From Eukaryota sp. GEM-RC1 (Eukaryota): 64,000 nucleotides of DNA. Position 1 is the stretch's first letter, and every line of letters starts with the position of its first letter. Below are positions 47,820 through 61,400 of the stretch, piece by piece. A program made the position numbers and the translations under genes. Below the pieces are notes generated by a model. It was not told the DNA's origin and made no database searches. It saw only the letters and a program-made list of their open reading frames with translations. The stretch covers positions 248,001 to 312,000 of the forward strand of contig JAUFOQ010000005.1 of assembly GCA_040285855.1 (NCBI GenBank), in the 5' to 3' direction.

Positions 47820-50349
47820 ATGAGGACCGAATGTTCTCCTACCCAAGTCTTTGCCTTCCCTCCTTCTACAATCACTGCAAAGCTTTGTAATCTTCGTAAA
47901 GAAGGTGTTCTACTTGACTCATCCATTTCCCTTCACGACGACGAGTTTCCGTGTCATTCTGCCGTGGTTTCTCTCTTCAGCGACCTTCTCAAAACCAAAC
48001 TGTTTTCTTCCTCCAAAGTTGATGATCTCGATCTCCTGTTACTTCTACTTCCCGATTCCTCTCTCTTCTTCAACGTCTTGTACTCTTTCTATGGTCTCCC
48101 TCTGAAGTTCACTTTTCAAGATCTCTATCATACTGGTATTGTCTCTACTTACTTGAAATACACTAATCTTTCTGATTTTCTTGCTACTCTTGTCGAAACT
48201 GGAATGAGCTTGAAGAACACGTTCACTTTCCAATTAGATCATGACGTGATTGTTGCTAATTTTAGAAAGTTTGCCCCTAGTGACGTGTCAATTACTTACA
48301 AGGAAGTACACATTCAAACAAATTCCCTAATTTTAGTTGCCACGTCAGCAACTTTTCTGAACCAATTCTCTACTAGTTTTAATGATTCAAATGATCGAAA
48401 AATCACTTATGAATCAGAATTTGAAGGAGTAGAAGAAGATATTTTTGAACAATTTTTTAATTTGTTCTATTCAGATTCAATTAAAGTCAATATTTCTAAT
48501 GTTTTAAGTATTTATCAATTATCCTTTTATTTTCAAGTTCCAGAGCTTTTGGAAGCTTGTAAGACGTTTTTATTAACAAATACTTTTACTGATTCGGAAT
48601 TATTGTCACTTTTGAATATAGCAAATGTTCGTAATCAAGTAGGATATGTTGAAGAAATTTTACGTATTTTTAAAAATCTTTCTCAACCCCTGAAACTCGA
48701 TTCATTACCATTGTCAGTTGAAATACTTCATAGGTTGTTTCCTATTGTTGATAATTGGTGGCTTATTCAATGTCTTTTAGAAACTTTTAAAAATCAAGAA
48801 TTAACTAGTGAAGAATTAAATTCTATTCTAATTTTAATTGATATTCATCAATTTGATTACAGCAATCTGTACACTGTAATTCAACCTTTATTTGATGAAA
48901 AATCTTTTGAGTCTGTTTTATTACAATGGTCAGTTGATAATTTTTCAAATATTAAACAATTGGACAAAATTCCTCCTCATTGGTTTTTATGGACTTTTCA
49001 AGCTGCTGATAGAGCTAAATCTAATCTTGAATATTTTATTGTCAATTTTATGAAAGTTGTTCCTTTTGAGATTTTACATATTTATCAAGGATTTTCTCCA
49101 TCACCTTTAGCTTTCAAACTTCTTTCTCCTTCAGTAACAGCTGATTATTCCACGTTCTTGGCCAAAAGTCTTGTTGATTCTTGGAGAAATTTTGATTGGG
49201 ATGTTGACGTATTTCATGAATGTGTGAATGGTTTTGATTTGAAGGTGACAGATCCTGTTGCGATTTTTGAAATATTTTCAGAATTAAAAAATGATTCAAA
49301 ACTGTTTCAATTCTTCCAAAGGTATTTTGCTGATAATGCTTTAATTGTTTTGAAATTTCAAAAAAATGAGCTCTTGACTGTATTTCAGGAAAAGAAAACA
49401 CTTGACGATCTTGTTCAAAATTTGGAAAAGAATGTTTCGGGATTTGAAGATCTTGTTCAGAATTTAAATAATGATAAATCTGAGTTAGAAAAGAATGTTG
49501 CCACTTTGGAAACAAAGTAATACTCAATTAGTAACCGGACTCCCCTTTACCTTTACTAATGCAGGAAAAACAGGTAGAACTGGACCTTCTCTTGAGGACT
49601 GTATTGGTGCTTATAACCATGATTGGGTAAGAAATATTCAAAAATTTAATGTTATTGATGGGATTCAACATTGGACTGTACCTTTAACTGGAATGTATAG
49701 AATTGAATGTGCTGGAGCTAGAGGTGGTAATAATAATTATAACACTTCAACTAAACCTGGAAAAGGAGCAGTAATGATTGGTGAGTTTGAATTGAAATCT
49801 GGTCAAATTATTAAAATATTGGTTGGTCAGGTTGGGTGTGATGCTCAAAGTAGCGGTTCTCTTCGAGCTGGTGGTGGTGGAGGTGGTTCCTTTGTTGTTT
49901 TGGATTCTTCTCCTTTAATAGTTGCAGGAGGTGGTAATGGACAGTGTAAGAGTGATTGGAAAACAAATGGACCTGATGGTAGAGTAGATTTCACTGAAGG
50001 TGTTGGTAAAGGAGAAATAGGTAGTGGTGGAGGTGGATTCACTCTTGATGGTCAGAATGCAACTAGTGGTAATAGTACTGGAGGTAAGTCCTTTCTTAAT
50101 GGAGGAATGGGTGGTCAAAGTAATACTAGTTATTCTAAAATAGCTCACGGAGGATTTGGTGGTGGTGGTGGTGCTCACTATGAAGGAGGAGGAGGCGGGG
50201 GGTATACCGGGGGTAGTGTTGTTCCTCATGCTCAGTTCAACAATACATACCCCTCGCATGGAGCTGGATCTTTCAATTCAGGATTAAATCCAGTAAATAC
50301 TAGTGGAAGTAATGATGGAGATGGTTTTGTAAAAATACATTTACTGTAG
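47820..50349 (+). CDS. Tandem BTB/POZ + coiled-coil + ALK/LTK-like glycine-rich domain protein, paralog 2 (one frameshift near 49508)
   Basis: ORFs of 566 aa and 284 aa join if one G in TTGGAAAC is removed. It has an extra coiled-coil repeat (DLVQNL twice). Confidence 0.85.
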
Positions 50350-53300
50350 ATTGTTTACCTTGGAGTTTCTGATGTTATTATTTGATTTAATGATCACCAA
50401 CAGTATAAATCTTCTTTTTTTGCTAGGAATAATGGAAAGAGTTTAATCACAAAGAAAGTAGAACTCTGTCCTTCAATGTCACATTGGATCTAGAAGTCAT
50501 GATAAATCCAGGAGTTGACGTGATGTAGAAAATGAAAGAGAGGTCAGTAGTAACTCCTAAGTAAGAGTAAGAGGAAGAAAACCATCTATCTGAATAGCAG
50601 CAAGGTGGTTTGTATTGAGAAACAAGAACTTGTTTGAAACGATGTGATGTTTCTATAGTGTGTGTGGATTAGAAACAAGTTCTCAATAGGTTCAATGTAA
50701 ACGTAGTACTTTTCCCTAACATCGATCATTGAGACAAGCGACAACAATCTAAGGACTTTCCTATACAGTGATTACTAACAACTAAACTAATGAAGGTGAT
50801 TCTGCAGAAGAAGAACTCATATCATAACAGAGATTTCTACACACGTAAGCAGCAGATAAGAGCAAGATCAAATCTGGAACAAACGTAAAACACCACCTTT
50901 AGTCATGAATTAGTCTCTCCTGACTCCATGTACAAGCCTATCGGAATGAATATGGCTGATGAGTCAGATACAATTCCAAAGAAGAAAGCTTGTATGTAGG
51001 AACGGTTCAGCAGTAGGTCAATATCAAAGCAACATTGTGTCAAAGCAACATTGTGGTAAATATGTAGTGTGATAATATGTAATACAGTGACTGTATTAGA
51101 AAGATACAGATGAAGGAAAGTTCTTTGCAACAATATGATTTCCAATGAATGAATTCCTTTTATTAAACGTAATCAGCAAAGGAAAGTAACTACACACATT
51201 GGTGTACAGTACCTCTTGTATATCTTCTTGTCCTGATTTTAATTGATTTGTTGTAAAAATTTTTCAACTAGGAGTAAATTACTCATAGAAATGAATCAGT
51301 GGGTTTAACACAAATCTTCGGTTTCTAGTTTCAGTTTAATGTACTTCTCCAGCATGACGTCTTCAATGAGCTGCAAATTGATTTACAGCAATGAATCACG
51401 TAATTGTTGATCCTGCTGTTTTGACATGAGCTCCTTCAATTAATCGATGTCGTTCACGATAACATCAATTTCTATGTAACCTAAATATAATTTTGTAATT
51501 CGAAGGACTATAGTGTCAGTGTGTGTTAGTCTAACAGTGTGTGTAAAAGTTAATTCTTCATTGATGTCTCACGTATAGAAAATAAGTATTTTTCTTCTGA
51601 ACACTACTGATAACGTGGCCTCAATCTAACAGTAGCATTTATACTTGTTTTAATCCAAATATTTCATCCTCTTCATTATCCAGTGCTTCCCTGAGAAGTC
51701 GCTTTCTCACTTGATCGAACACGCAGTTTCATAGCAGTCCATGGTACGAACAACCGTAACTCTCTTCTCTTCATAATGTAATTCTTTTGCTTGTGTTCCT
51801 CATAATTTTCAAAAGACAAATTAAACGGAGAAATATCATTTGATAAACGACCGAAGCTGACTTTAACTATAGTTTGTTTCAAACAGAATTCATTTTACTT
51901 TTAATACAACTCGGTTCGTAAGGTTACGTTGGAAATGTTTAAGTGTCATGTAGTCAATGGAAAAATTGAACCTTTTCTTAAACATTACAGTGATAACACT
52001 ATTACCAATTCTCGAACAGGAGATCGCATTGTACCTCGTGTTGATTCATGTAGTTACATTTTACTAATGACAAGCAGTGATAGATTTTAGTACTGTTGAT
52101 CATTGTGTATTTGAACTTTGTTTTTAATTTTAGGCTGAACAACTGAATATATTGAAATTTTCAAATGTTTCCACACAATGATCAAGCTGCAGTAAAACGT
52201 AAATCGTTTCTTTTTGTTCAATTTTTGGGGTATTAATTTTGGGTATATAATGAACGTTGGAAAAAATCGATGAATAATGTTCAAATTTGAACCGACGAAA
52301 GTATCACTTCAACAAGTGAAAATATGCAAATTATACATTAGCTCACCTCTAGCATGAACAATTTAGAGAATATTTTTACCATTAGGTAAACACTGCATTT
52401 CATTTATGATCGAATCCCAGATCAAACTCGCACACCAACTCCAATTTAAATTAATATTCCACTATAAACTCACACTGCTTCATTACAGCACAGAATTCAT
52501 TGTGCCGTTTAATTTACTTCATATAATTGGGAAACATGATGTAGATGTACGTGTACAAATAGAACACAACATGAGATTCTCATGATGAAAATATATCATA
52601 GAGACCAAAAATACTCAAATGAATAAAGAGATCAAACATAACAATCAATTCAACTGAATTTGAAGTGGAAACGATTAATGAACACAATGTGTTTTATCTC
52701 AATTTGTTTAAAACACGAAAAGAGCGTCACTATGTCGTATAATACTGAAAATTTTAAATATGTAACAATTCTGGTTTTCTTTTCTCCCATTTGTTGTACG
52801 GTAAGATTTCATGAGGTATCCATTGGCAACTCACTGGCGATGACGTGATCGACATGTTTACTTCTGATTACGATAGAAAATACACAAATGTCTCTCCCCA
52901 ATATGATACTTAAATTTACTTTCTATATAAATAGGCAAAAGGATGCCGACAAAATTGTACTCTGATTTTAGGTGATTGTGTTGTCACTGACGAAGTGAAG
53001 AAGTTACTAATTTCATTTCCATGTAGGTTGATTTCGAGATTGTTGGATGATTGTTGAAAATAAAACTCTTTTTCAAATCATTGCGTCTTTTCAGCGACAT
53101 CTCTAAGCCTCAAACGCTTAAAATAATGTTTCAGTTTTGAAAGATTACATGTCACGAAATATATCTTTGGTCAAAATCTCTGAATTAAGAGATCCAAAAT
53201 AGCCAAAAAAATACAAAAAAATACGCACATTAGAGGCATTTCCGAAAATTGATTGAAAAAGCTTAAATGAAATCAATCTATACATTTCACAATTTTGTTC

Positions 53301-56300
53301 TGAAACATGTTATCTGAAGTTCAATACGGGCTATTATAATATGTGCTTAGGTTTGAACAGGAATCTGTAACTTTTCGACCGTAACCAACTTCAGTTTTCA
53401 GTTACGATTCTGTTTGATTTCTGAATATTTAGTTATTGAAACTTTTAGCGAAATCCAAACATGATTAGAACTGGCCTCTTTACGTAAATACATTTCTTAC
53501 ATTACTAAACAGATTACAATTACATAGAGTAAAATTGTCAGGATAAATTTAGGCCAACATTGCAATTATGATCATATCCCAAATGAGTAATTCACGACCA
53601 TCAAATTACTATTTATCAACAGGCTATTCTCATGACAACACAGTATCTACTCCATGAATAGAAAACGCCTTTTAATTACAATCACAATTATAGAATATCA
53701 TCTGTACTGACATGCAAAAAACGGGGTTTATGATCAGTCAGTGAAATACATACATAGTTTTTATTGGTTTATCTAAATTATCAGTTCTGGAATGTAAATT
53801 CTTCAATGCAGTGTCACTCTTTCTATCACGTGTATCTGCATTCTCAGCTCAGCAATTACTAATATTGTCTTCTTTTGAACTTCAAATTGTTGATGTTGGA
53901 AAAACCATATATGCCGATGATTGACCCAGTAGTAAAAGAAATACTCCTAACTTCGTTGGTTCTCAAACGAGGCTAAGATCGAACGAACAAACTACACCGA
54001 TTGTTTCAATTAGTCTCACTAGAAATTACATTTACATTTCATTAAATGGCATTTGTAAATGTTTAAAAAGTTCTTGTATTTGATTTCTTCGATTTGTTAA
54101 TACTAAAATCACTGCAAGATCTCCTTTTGTGAGACTTGGTGAATATGAATCTGTTTTGGATGTTATGCGATCCCTAGTAGAGTGGCGATGCTTGGAAAGA
54201 AGTCGACGATACTGTTTTTCTTCCTCAGATTCTTTTGCACATTGATCTAGGGAAATACGGTGCATTTCAGCTAAGGGATCTTCTTGCTCACATTCGTTCT
54301 GCCATGGAAATACCTTACGTTCATCATCCGAACTCCATTCAAAATCATCACATTCTGAAGTTAATGATGAGCAGAACTCTACCTGCAAATTGGGGATCTG
54401 AGTCAGTCATTTGAGTGAAAGATTTGGGAAAAAGTTCCTTTTGACAATGTACTCTGTATTTTCTCACATGCGTGTTTAAAATTGGTTATTCCAACTGAGA
54501 CATCCACGTGTAGATCTCACCTCTGCAGAACTTAATATCAGTTCACAGTGAACAAGTGAAGTTGAAAAGGCTTAGTTGAAAAGGCTCACTGCTGATATGG
54601 GAATTATGACAGAAGACGAATCATATAGATATCTCTTCTTCATCCGTCACTTTTACTATCAGAACTCTAACGGTTTGACGTACGTTTTGTCAAGAACAAA
54701 CTTACTATTACGATATGAATTCGATTATAAAAAAACGGGGTTTATAATCAATCAGTGAAATTAAAGCTTTCCCAAACAATCATAACTAACAGACACTAAC
54801 TAGAGTATCTAAACTATGGTACTTCTGTCCTTCACCGAACAACTTACCTAAAATTGAATTATCAAATATGTAAATTGAACGAAACAGCCCAAACGTTAAC
54901 CAATCAACCACAAAGTTCGACTATAAACTTCTTATCTTTATAAACTCTTTCTTTAAAACGCTCAACTCTTTTTTTTCACTGTTTCCAGAGAGCCACATAA
55001 CAGAATTTTACCAGATCTAAGACTGATCAAGCCACACACGTGTTAGTAGAAATGTAACAAAAGATTATAGTCTGACCTGCTTTTGCAATTGGTTAATATA
55101 TTTCAGTTGAAAGCACGTTCGTGTTCAAAACTATGACTCGGAATCAACTTCATTGATCACATGATCAAGTACGTCATTGTTTTTGGATGATTAGTATTCC
55201 AGTTCTTTCATCACAATTAATTATTGGTAGAATGTACACTCAATGATCTATCTTCATTTAATAGTTGAAGACGATGGCGTGTAGATTCGAAGGCATCCAT
55301 TGTTCTGTTTGTGTACTTAAATAAACTTTGCAAAGAGAATAATGTAAGTTATAAAGGATACAGAGGAAGTGCTAAATATAGAACTTCACTTTTGAGAATA
55401 CGCCAAGTACACATAAGTAACTCTAGTACATGTAATAGTCAAATGACGGAATCAATTAAACTCATTTCGTGTGGAAGTGAAATGAATAACCTACAATATT
55501 ACGTTAAGCACTTATCATGTTAGACTGCTAACAATCCTTTATCTGGTTTTTTCTTTTCCATGTCTACCATTTGTTGACGTAGAACTAAAAGCCAAACATC
55601 CCAACATATTTTAAAGTTACTTTCTTAATAATTGCACGTGATGTAGACTGAACGGTGCTCTGATTTTAGGTGATTATGTTGTCAATGAGAAAGTAAAGAA
55701 GTCACTAATTTCCTTTCTGCGCATTTTGATTTCGACATTGTTGAAAATAAAACTGTTTTTCAAATCAATGCATCTTTCCTGCGACATCTTCAAGCGTCAA
55801 ACGCTTGGTTTCATGTGACACTTTTGAAAAATGGTGTAAAACGAAAAATAGATTTGGAAAATATCAAAATCAAGATGAACCAACTCTGCAAAAACGCTCA
55901 TTTGAGACTCTTTTGAAAATTGATAACACTGATTGAAAATGCTTTAATGATATAAATCTTTATATGTAATTTTAAAAAAAAGATTACATGAGGTTGTATT
56001 TTGTTAAAACACTTAGCTCTATGCAGTTCAGCATGATCATCGGACTCCTTCTACTACGTACTTGGTTTGATCTAACAGTGAAGTGCTTCAACTGACAGAC
56101 TTTGGTCTGAAGGAATTAACTGGCAATCCTGTATGCCACGTGGCATTCAGATTTATCATCTTCCTCCGTCTCAATTCTTATTGACAACTGCGCACTTGCT
56201 ACCCGGTGCGACTAGTGGAACTACAACGTATCTAGGGTCACAACCATCGACTAACATCAAGATAACCACTGCTACAAGAGCAACAGATTTGTCATTTTCT

Positions 56301-57445
56301 GTTTTAAGGGACAATAATTACCAATAAATAATAACAATAATTACCTCTACAATTACCGTCACTATTGATGATCACGTCACTATATCTTCTCTAAATCTGT
56401 CCACCAACGTCGTTCTCCTCTTCAAAGATCACTCAACTCTCACTTTAACTGATACTCTTCTCCTTAATGGAGGTACGTTACGCTCTGATCTCACTTCTTC
56501 ATCTTCCTCTACCTCTCTTGTTGTGGATGCTGACTCTATTTTCCCACAAACTCATTGTTACTAGGATCTTTGATTGGAAACGTGATTCAATTGATCTAGA
56601 TGACTTAAGTGAAACTTGTTCTTGGCAATGTTACTTCACCAATGTCAATCGAATCCTTGGAAAATATTAAATTTAAAAAACTTCATAGTTTTTTGTTGAA
56701 TAGTTGTTCAAGTCCTTCTTCGGACAATCTTTCACCCTCAATGAGAGCAATGCTTATGACTTCTACTATCTCGTCCACTACTTCCAAGTGGACAAACTCA
56801 TTGACCACTTGAATTTGGTAGCATAACAGTCAAGGTGTTTTTCCAAACAAACACGATGAAATTAAATCAAAAAGATCTATGACGGACCAAAAGACTTTTA
56901 CAAGCAAGTCAAAGATATCAGAAGGGTGGCGGGAACGTCTGAGATTCTTAAAGAAGCTTGTGGTAAAGTGTAAAAGGATAACATTGAGCAAAAGCTTTTA
57001 GCCCTCCCTAATGTTTCAGTCATTCTTCAATCTTCCTTATCCTATTAAATAAGCTTCTGCTGTTCATAGTCATTCTCTAGTTCTGTTAACAAATGGTGAC
57101 GTTTACATTGCTGGACGTAACCATCATGATCAACTGGGCTTTGTTTCTAAACCACTTTAATTCCAAATTTAAATAAAATCAAATTAACTACTGATTGATT
57201 GGTTGGAGTTTGGAGATCGTTATGAGAACCCTCTGAACTTCTCTCATTTACCCATATCATCTGAGTCTTTCTCTACTTTCATCTCTTCCTTCTTTGGGCA
57301 CTCCATCGATCTCACTTCTTCCATTAAAACAGTGTGTAGCAATGTCTGAAAAACATCATCATGATGCTTCTCCTGCCCTAGTTCCGTAGCTTACATTGAA
57401 AGAAGGAATTGCATTGTGTTGGATTAACAAATGGTGACGTTTACA

Positions 57446-57902
57446 TTGATATCTCGTATCCCTACAGTCTGGGTGGGACCAGGCGGCAAGATGCTATTCA
57501 AAGGCATCATTGTTTGATAAAAACCACAAGGAAGGCATTTTTGGTCATTGATCCAATTCAATCCAAATTTTTTCTTTTTTCGAAGACGAGGGTTTTTTAT
57601 GGGATTATGTGTGTTGTTTTTGGCAGTCAGGCCTATCATTTTTACATGCCCAGCATGGTGATAGAACCACCAGGGCAACACACTGCTTTCCAGCACCCAA
57701 ACTTGCATCCTTGTAAAATTCATTGGATCGGTGGTGGAAGTGAAATTTTGTTGAAGTGTTTTTTTTGAAATCTCTGTCAGATTTGATCGTGGACTGCTGT
57801 TTAAAATTGATCTAACTTCTGATGGTGATGTGAAATCCAATCGTCTAATACCGATTCAGATCCCCTCGGTACTAGATTGAGTCGTTCAAGTCTTATTACA
57901 GG
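57446..57902. other. 457-bp insertion flanked by a 13-bp target duplication
   Basis: GGTGACGTTTACA at 57433-57445 and 57903-57915; single copy in copy A at ~20791. Confidence 0.85.
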
Positions 57903-58186
57903 GGTGACGTTTACACTTCTGGACGTCTCTACAACAACTCTTAGATACTCTAGAGACCCCAACGAAGTAGTGAAGTTTCTACTTATGAAGTCTTCGGTTG
58001 TTACTCCGGCTATTATCAATTGCAATGAGGAAGGTCCTCCCATCAGTCATCCTGCTGTATTACCAGCCAGTGTTGGTTCTAGACAAAAAGTGGTCATTGA
58101 GACTTGAAAATCAGCCAACATTCTCTTAGTTGATGATCACGTTAGAGTTGCTGATTTTGGTACCTCTAAAAACCTTGCAGCCACAA

Positions 58187-58438
58187 GATATAGATTATAT
58201 CCACTGATATAGATGACGTTTTGTCTTCTTGTACTAGAAACAGTCTCTATGTCTTGTCAGGACCCTCTGGAAAGGAAAGTCTGCGGCTCTTTTTGAGCAC
58301 TTGAAGAAAAAATCACGTGATTTGGTTAGATGCTCGAATTTGTCTTTGTCAAAATCTGAAGAAGAAGATTCTGGGTATATTTCACCCAGTTATTTAATAT
58401 CTGATGGCTCTGGAATGTGTCCAGGTACTCCACGTAAA
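58187..58438. other. 252-bp insertion flanked by a 6-bp target duplication
   Basis: CCACAA at 58181-58186 and 58439-58444. It splits a kinase activation segment that is continuous in copy A. Confidence 0.85.
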
Positions 58439-61400
58439 CCACAACTCTAGTAACCAGACCAAATGCTATGAGTCCTAAGTATGCTACACCTGAGCAGTTA
58501 GATACAAGAGTTGTGTCAAGGTGTCAAATTCCACTAATCAAGTCTCTTCCCACTCCAAACTCTCTTTCTCCATCAACATTAAGCTATGATAAGGAGATTT
58601 GGACTGTTGTCCAGTACTTTACATTGTCTTTGTTTAACTTACTCAAACCTCTAACTAGAGGTAATGGTTATACTTGAAGAGGTCTATATCTATGAGTAAG
58701 TAACGACAGTAAAAGTAAAGTTTCAACAGTTGTTTTGAGTTCATTGACCTGTTGAGTTATTTTATTATCAAAGGTCAAATGAACTAAATAAAAAAACAGT
58801 AAAAAAGATTCTGAGTGGTAAAAATTCCTTCCTCCACTGAGTAGAACCATTTGAACCAGTAATTAAAACAAAGACGTGTTGAAAGAAGATGAGTAAACAA
58901 CTCTCAATGAAGACTGATAATGAATAATTGAAGAATTTGCTAAGTAATTATTAAATCAGTAGCATTAACTTAAGTAGACTCAAAACTAACACTCAACAAT
59001 GTTATTAGTTTGATGAAAAGGAAATGTGGCTCTGTTAATCTCCATTAATCAAGTTCTTTTAGACTCATTCAGAATAAAAAGAACAATGAACATGGTCTGA
59101 ATAAAAAGTTTTTTCAGAAAGTATATCAGCAAAACACATGTTCTATTACTTTCATTAAGAATTATACCAAGAAAGCACAACAATCAGTCACTGTAGATTT
59201 AGGTAGTGTGAATGCTGGAAAGTAATAAACACTGTCATTAGTGATAAATAGGGTACTTTAATAGATAGTAACGTATGTTAGACATTCAAATCAGAGTTTT
59301 CTTGAGATTGAAGTGATAGCCTAAATCAGTGGTGGGAACTAGTTTTTGACAAGTGGAGAGTCACAAAGGTCAGGAGACGAGAGAACTGGCAAGACATTAC
59401 TTTGAGAGGGAGAAAGAAGGAAGGAATTGAAGGAGTGTGAAGGACGAGGAGAAGCAAACGAGTTTAGAGGTGGAGATTCACCAGTTTTAGTTAAAGGAAA
59501 TGAGAGAGACTTCAGACTAGTAATCACGTTCTTAGGTAGCTTTTGGATTCAGATCAAACGGTGCTTTTGAATCTCTGTAGGAGATCGATTGGTCACGAAG
59601 ACGTGAAGATCGGACATCGAAAGGACTTTGAGGAGAGGTAGATCAAGGAAAGACAGAGTTGTGGCTCCAAATGAATGAGATTGAGCAGAAGAATCGTGGC
59701 GCGGCATTAGGGGCGTCCCATATCGTTCAGGAGAAGGTTACATGTTCAACATTGAGGTGAGGTCATGAACTTCTCTCTGTGATTCAACTCTCTCGAACTT
59801 CACATTTATGTCCTTTGCTCTGCACTGTTGCTCTCGTCTACTCTCTTCTTCTCTTCTCTATTAGTTCACAACGGGGGATCAATTATCTCATTTGCAGATC
59901 AATTCTTCTTCGTCAATTGAGTGCTGTGTACGTGACACGTTACCAGAAGTAATCCTTGACACGTGTTAACACGGTGTTAGGAAACGTGTTTGTAGTTATC
60001 ACACTCTAGTTGAGTCTGTTCTCTAACTTTTTCTTGATTAAACTTCTATACTCGAGTCTATTTCTCGATTCATCAACCTACATGTCTATTTCTCTTGGAT
60101 AACCTGGTTTTACTTTGAGTTTCAGGTTTGTTACTTTACTTTGGATTCCTGGTTGATGACGTCATCAACTCAATCACTTGGTTGCTGCTTAATTTCCTCA
60201 AGATTGATTTCTATTTCTACTGAGTTATATATTAAACATTGTTGGTCCATTTCTGCATCAATTGTTGTATTTCTTTTTGAAACTTTCAATTGTCAACGTG
60301 ATCAAATTAGTCCTTTTTTGTTTGAGGTCTTCTGTTTTAAATACGTTAGTTCTTTGTTTAGAATATAACAAACTTATCCTCTGAAGATTATTACTTACAG
60401 TACTTGATCAGTTTTGTTGGAAGAAATTTCCAGCACTTTTGAGTGTCCTTTAGAGTTTTGCTTTAGTTTTTCACCATTTGTAATTATTTGTGTTGTTCCA
60501 AATTATCATTTGTCAATTTGGACGATACGTGGAAGACTTCTATTATTCAAAATTTCCAATTTCCAATTTACACCCATTATTTGCAACTAATAGTTGTTCC
60601 TTCTTTCATCAGTAACGTAAAAAAAACTGAATGATTGAAACCTCTGTGTTATAAACCAGGAATCCAGAAATATTGCTTCGTAGGCTGGCAAACCATAGAG
60701 ATGAAGGAAATACTTATCAAAACAGTAATCTTTGGTTATCGTCAAGTAATCAGAATTCTATCTAGCTTTAATCTTTCGGGGAATCATTCTTGCATCTCAT
60801 TTACATGTGAAACTTTTCAATATACGTGTATCTTTTCGGAAAATTCTTTATCTTGATACAACAAATAGATGACTTGTAAATCAAATTGAAGACATGAGTA
60901 ACACATCATCTATGGAGTATTTCGAGACTATTCGTTGATCTTGTTTGATACATCTTCGGAAGTCATAGATTTGACATGTAAAAAACGTCTGTAACTGATT
61001 CATTTTTTGTGAAACTTCTCACTCAAACAGTATGAATAACATGAAAGGGTGATGGTTTTTCTGATTTTTCAAGATCACTTCCATAACATTCATTTTGTCA
61101 CTTTGATACTCATACACTTCCACTTTCCTGCCTTTCTCTTTTAAGTTATGAGTGATTAAATCCAGGGGAACGATGTCTCTGTTCCCGATATATGCTACAT
61201 GTGCCTTTTCCGATTTTTTTATAGCACTTTTGACTTCCGCAATGTCTGTCAGACTTGATTTTGGCTGAAATCACGAATTGATAAAGTGCAATGTAACTCC
61301 TAAGTACGAACAGTGGTTTTTGGAGGTCCACAAGTCGACTGTTAATGCAATAGTTGTTGCTTCAGTGGAAAGTGTAAGCTCTATCTTCTCCCGTAGTTGA

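Larger units (their letters stand above)
57044..58510 (+). pseudogene. RCC1 and protein kinase fragments, copy B, each interrupted by an insertion
   Basis: SHSLVLLTNGDVYIAGRNHHDQLG; H*DLKSANILLVDDHVRVADFGTSK ... SPKYATPEQ. Confidence 0.75.
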
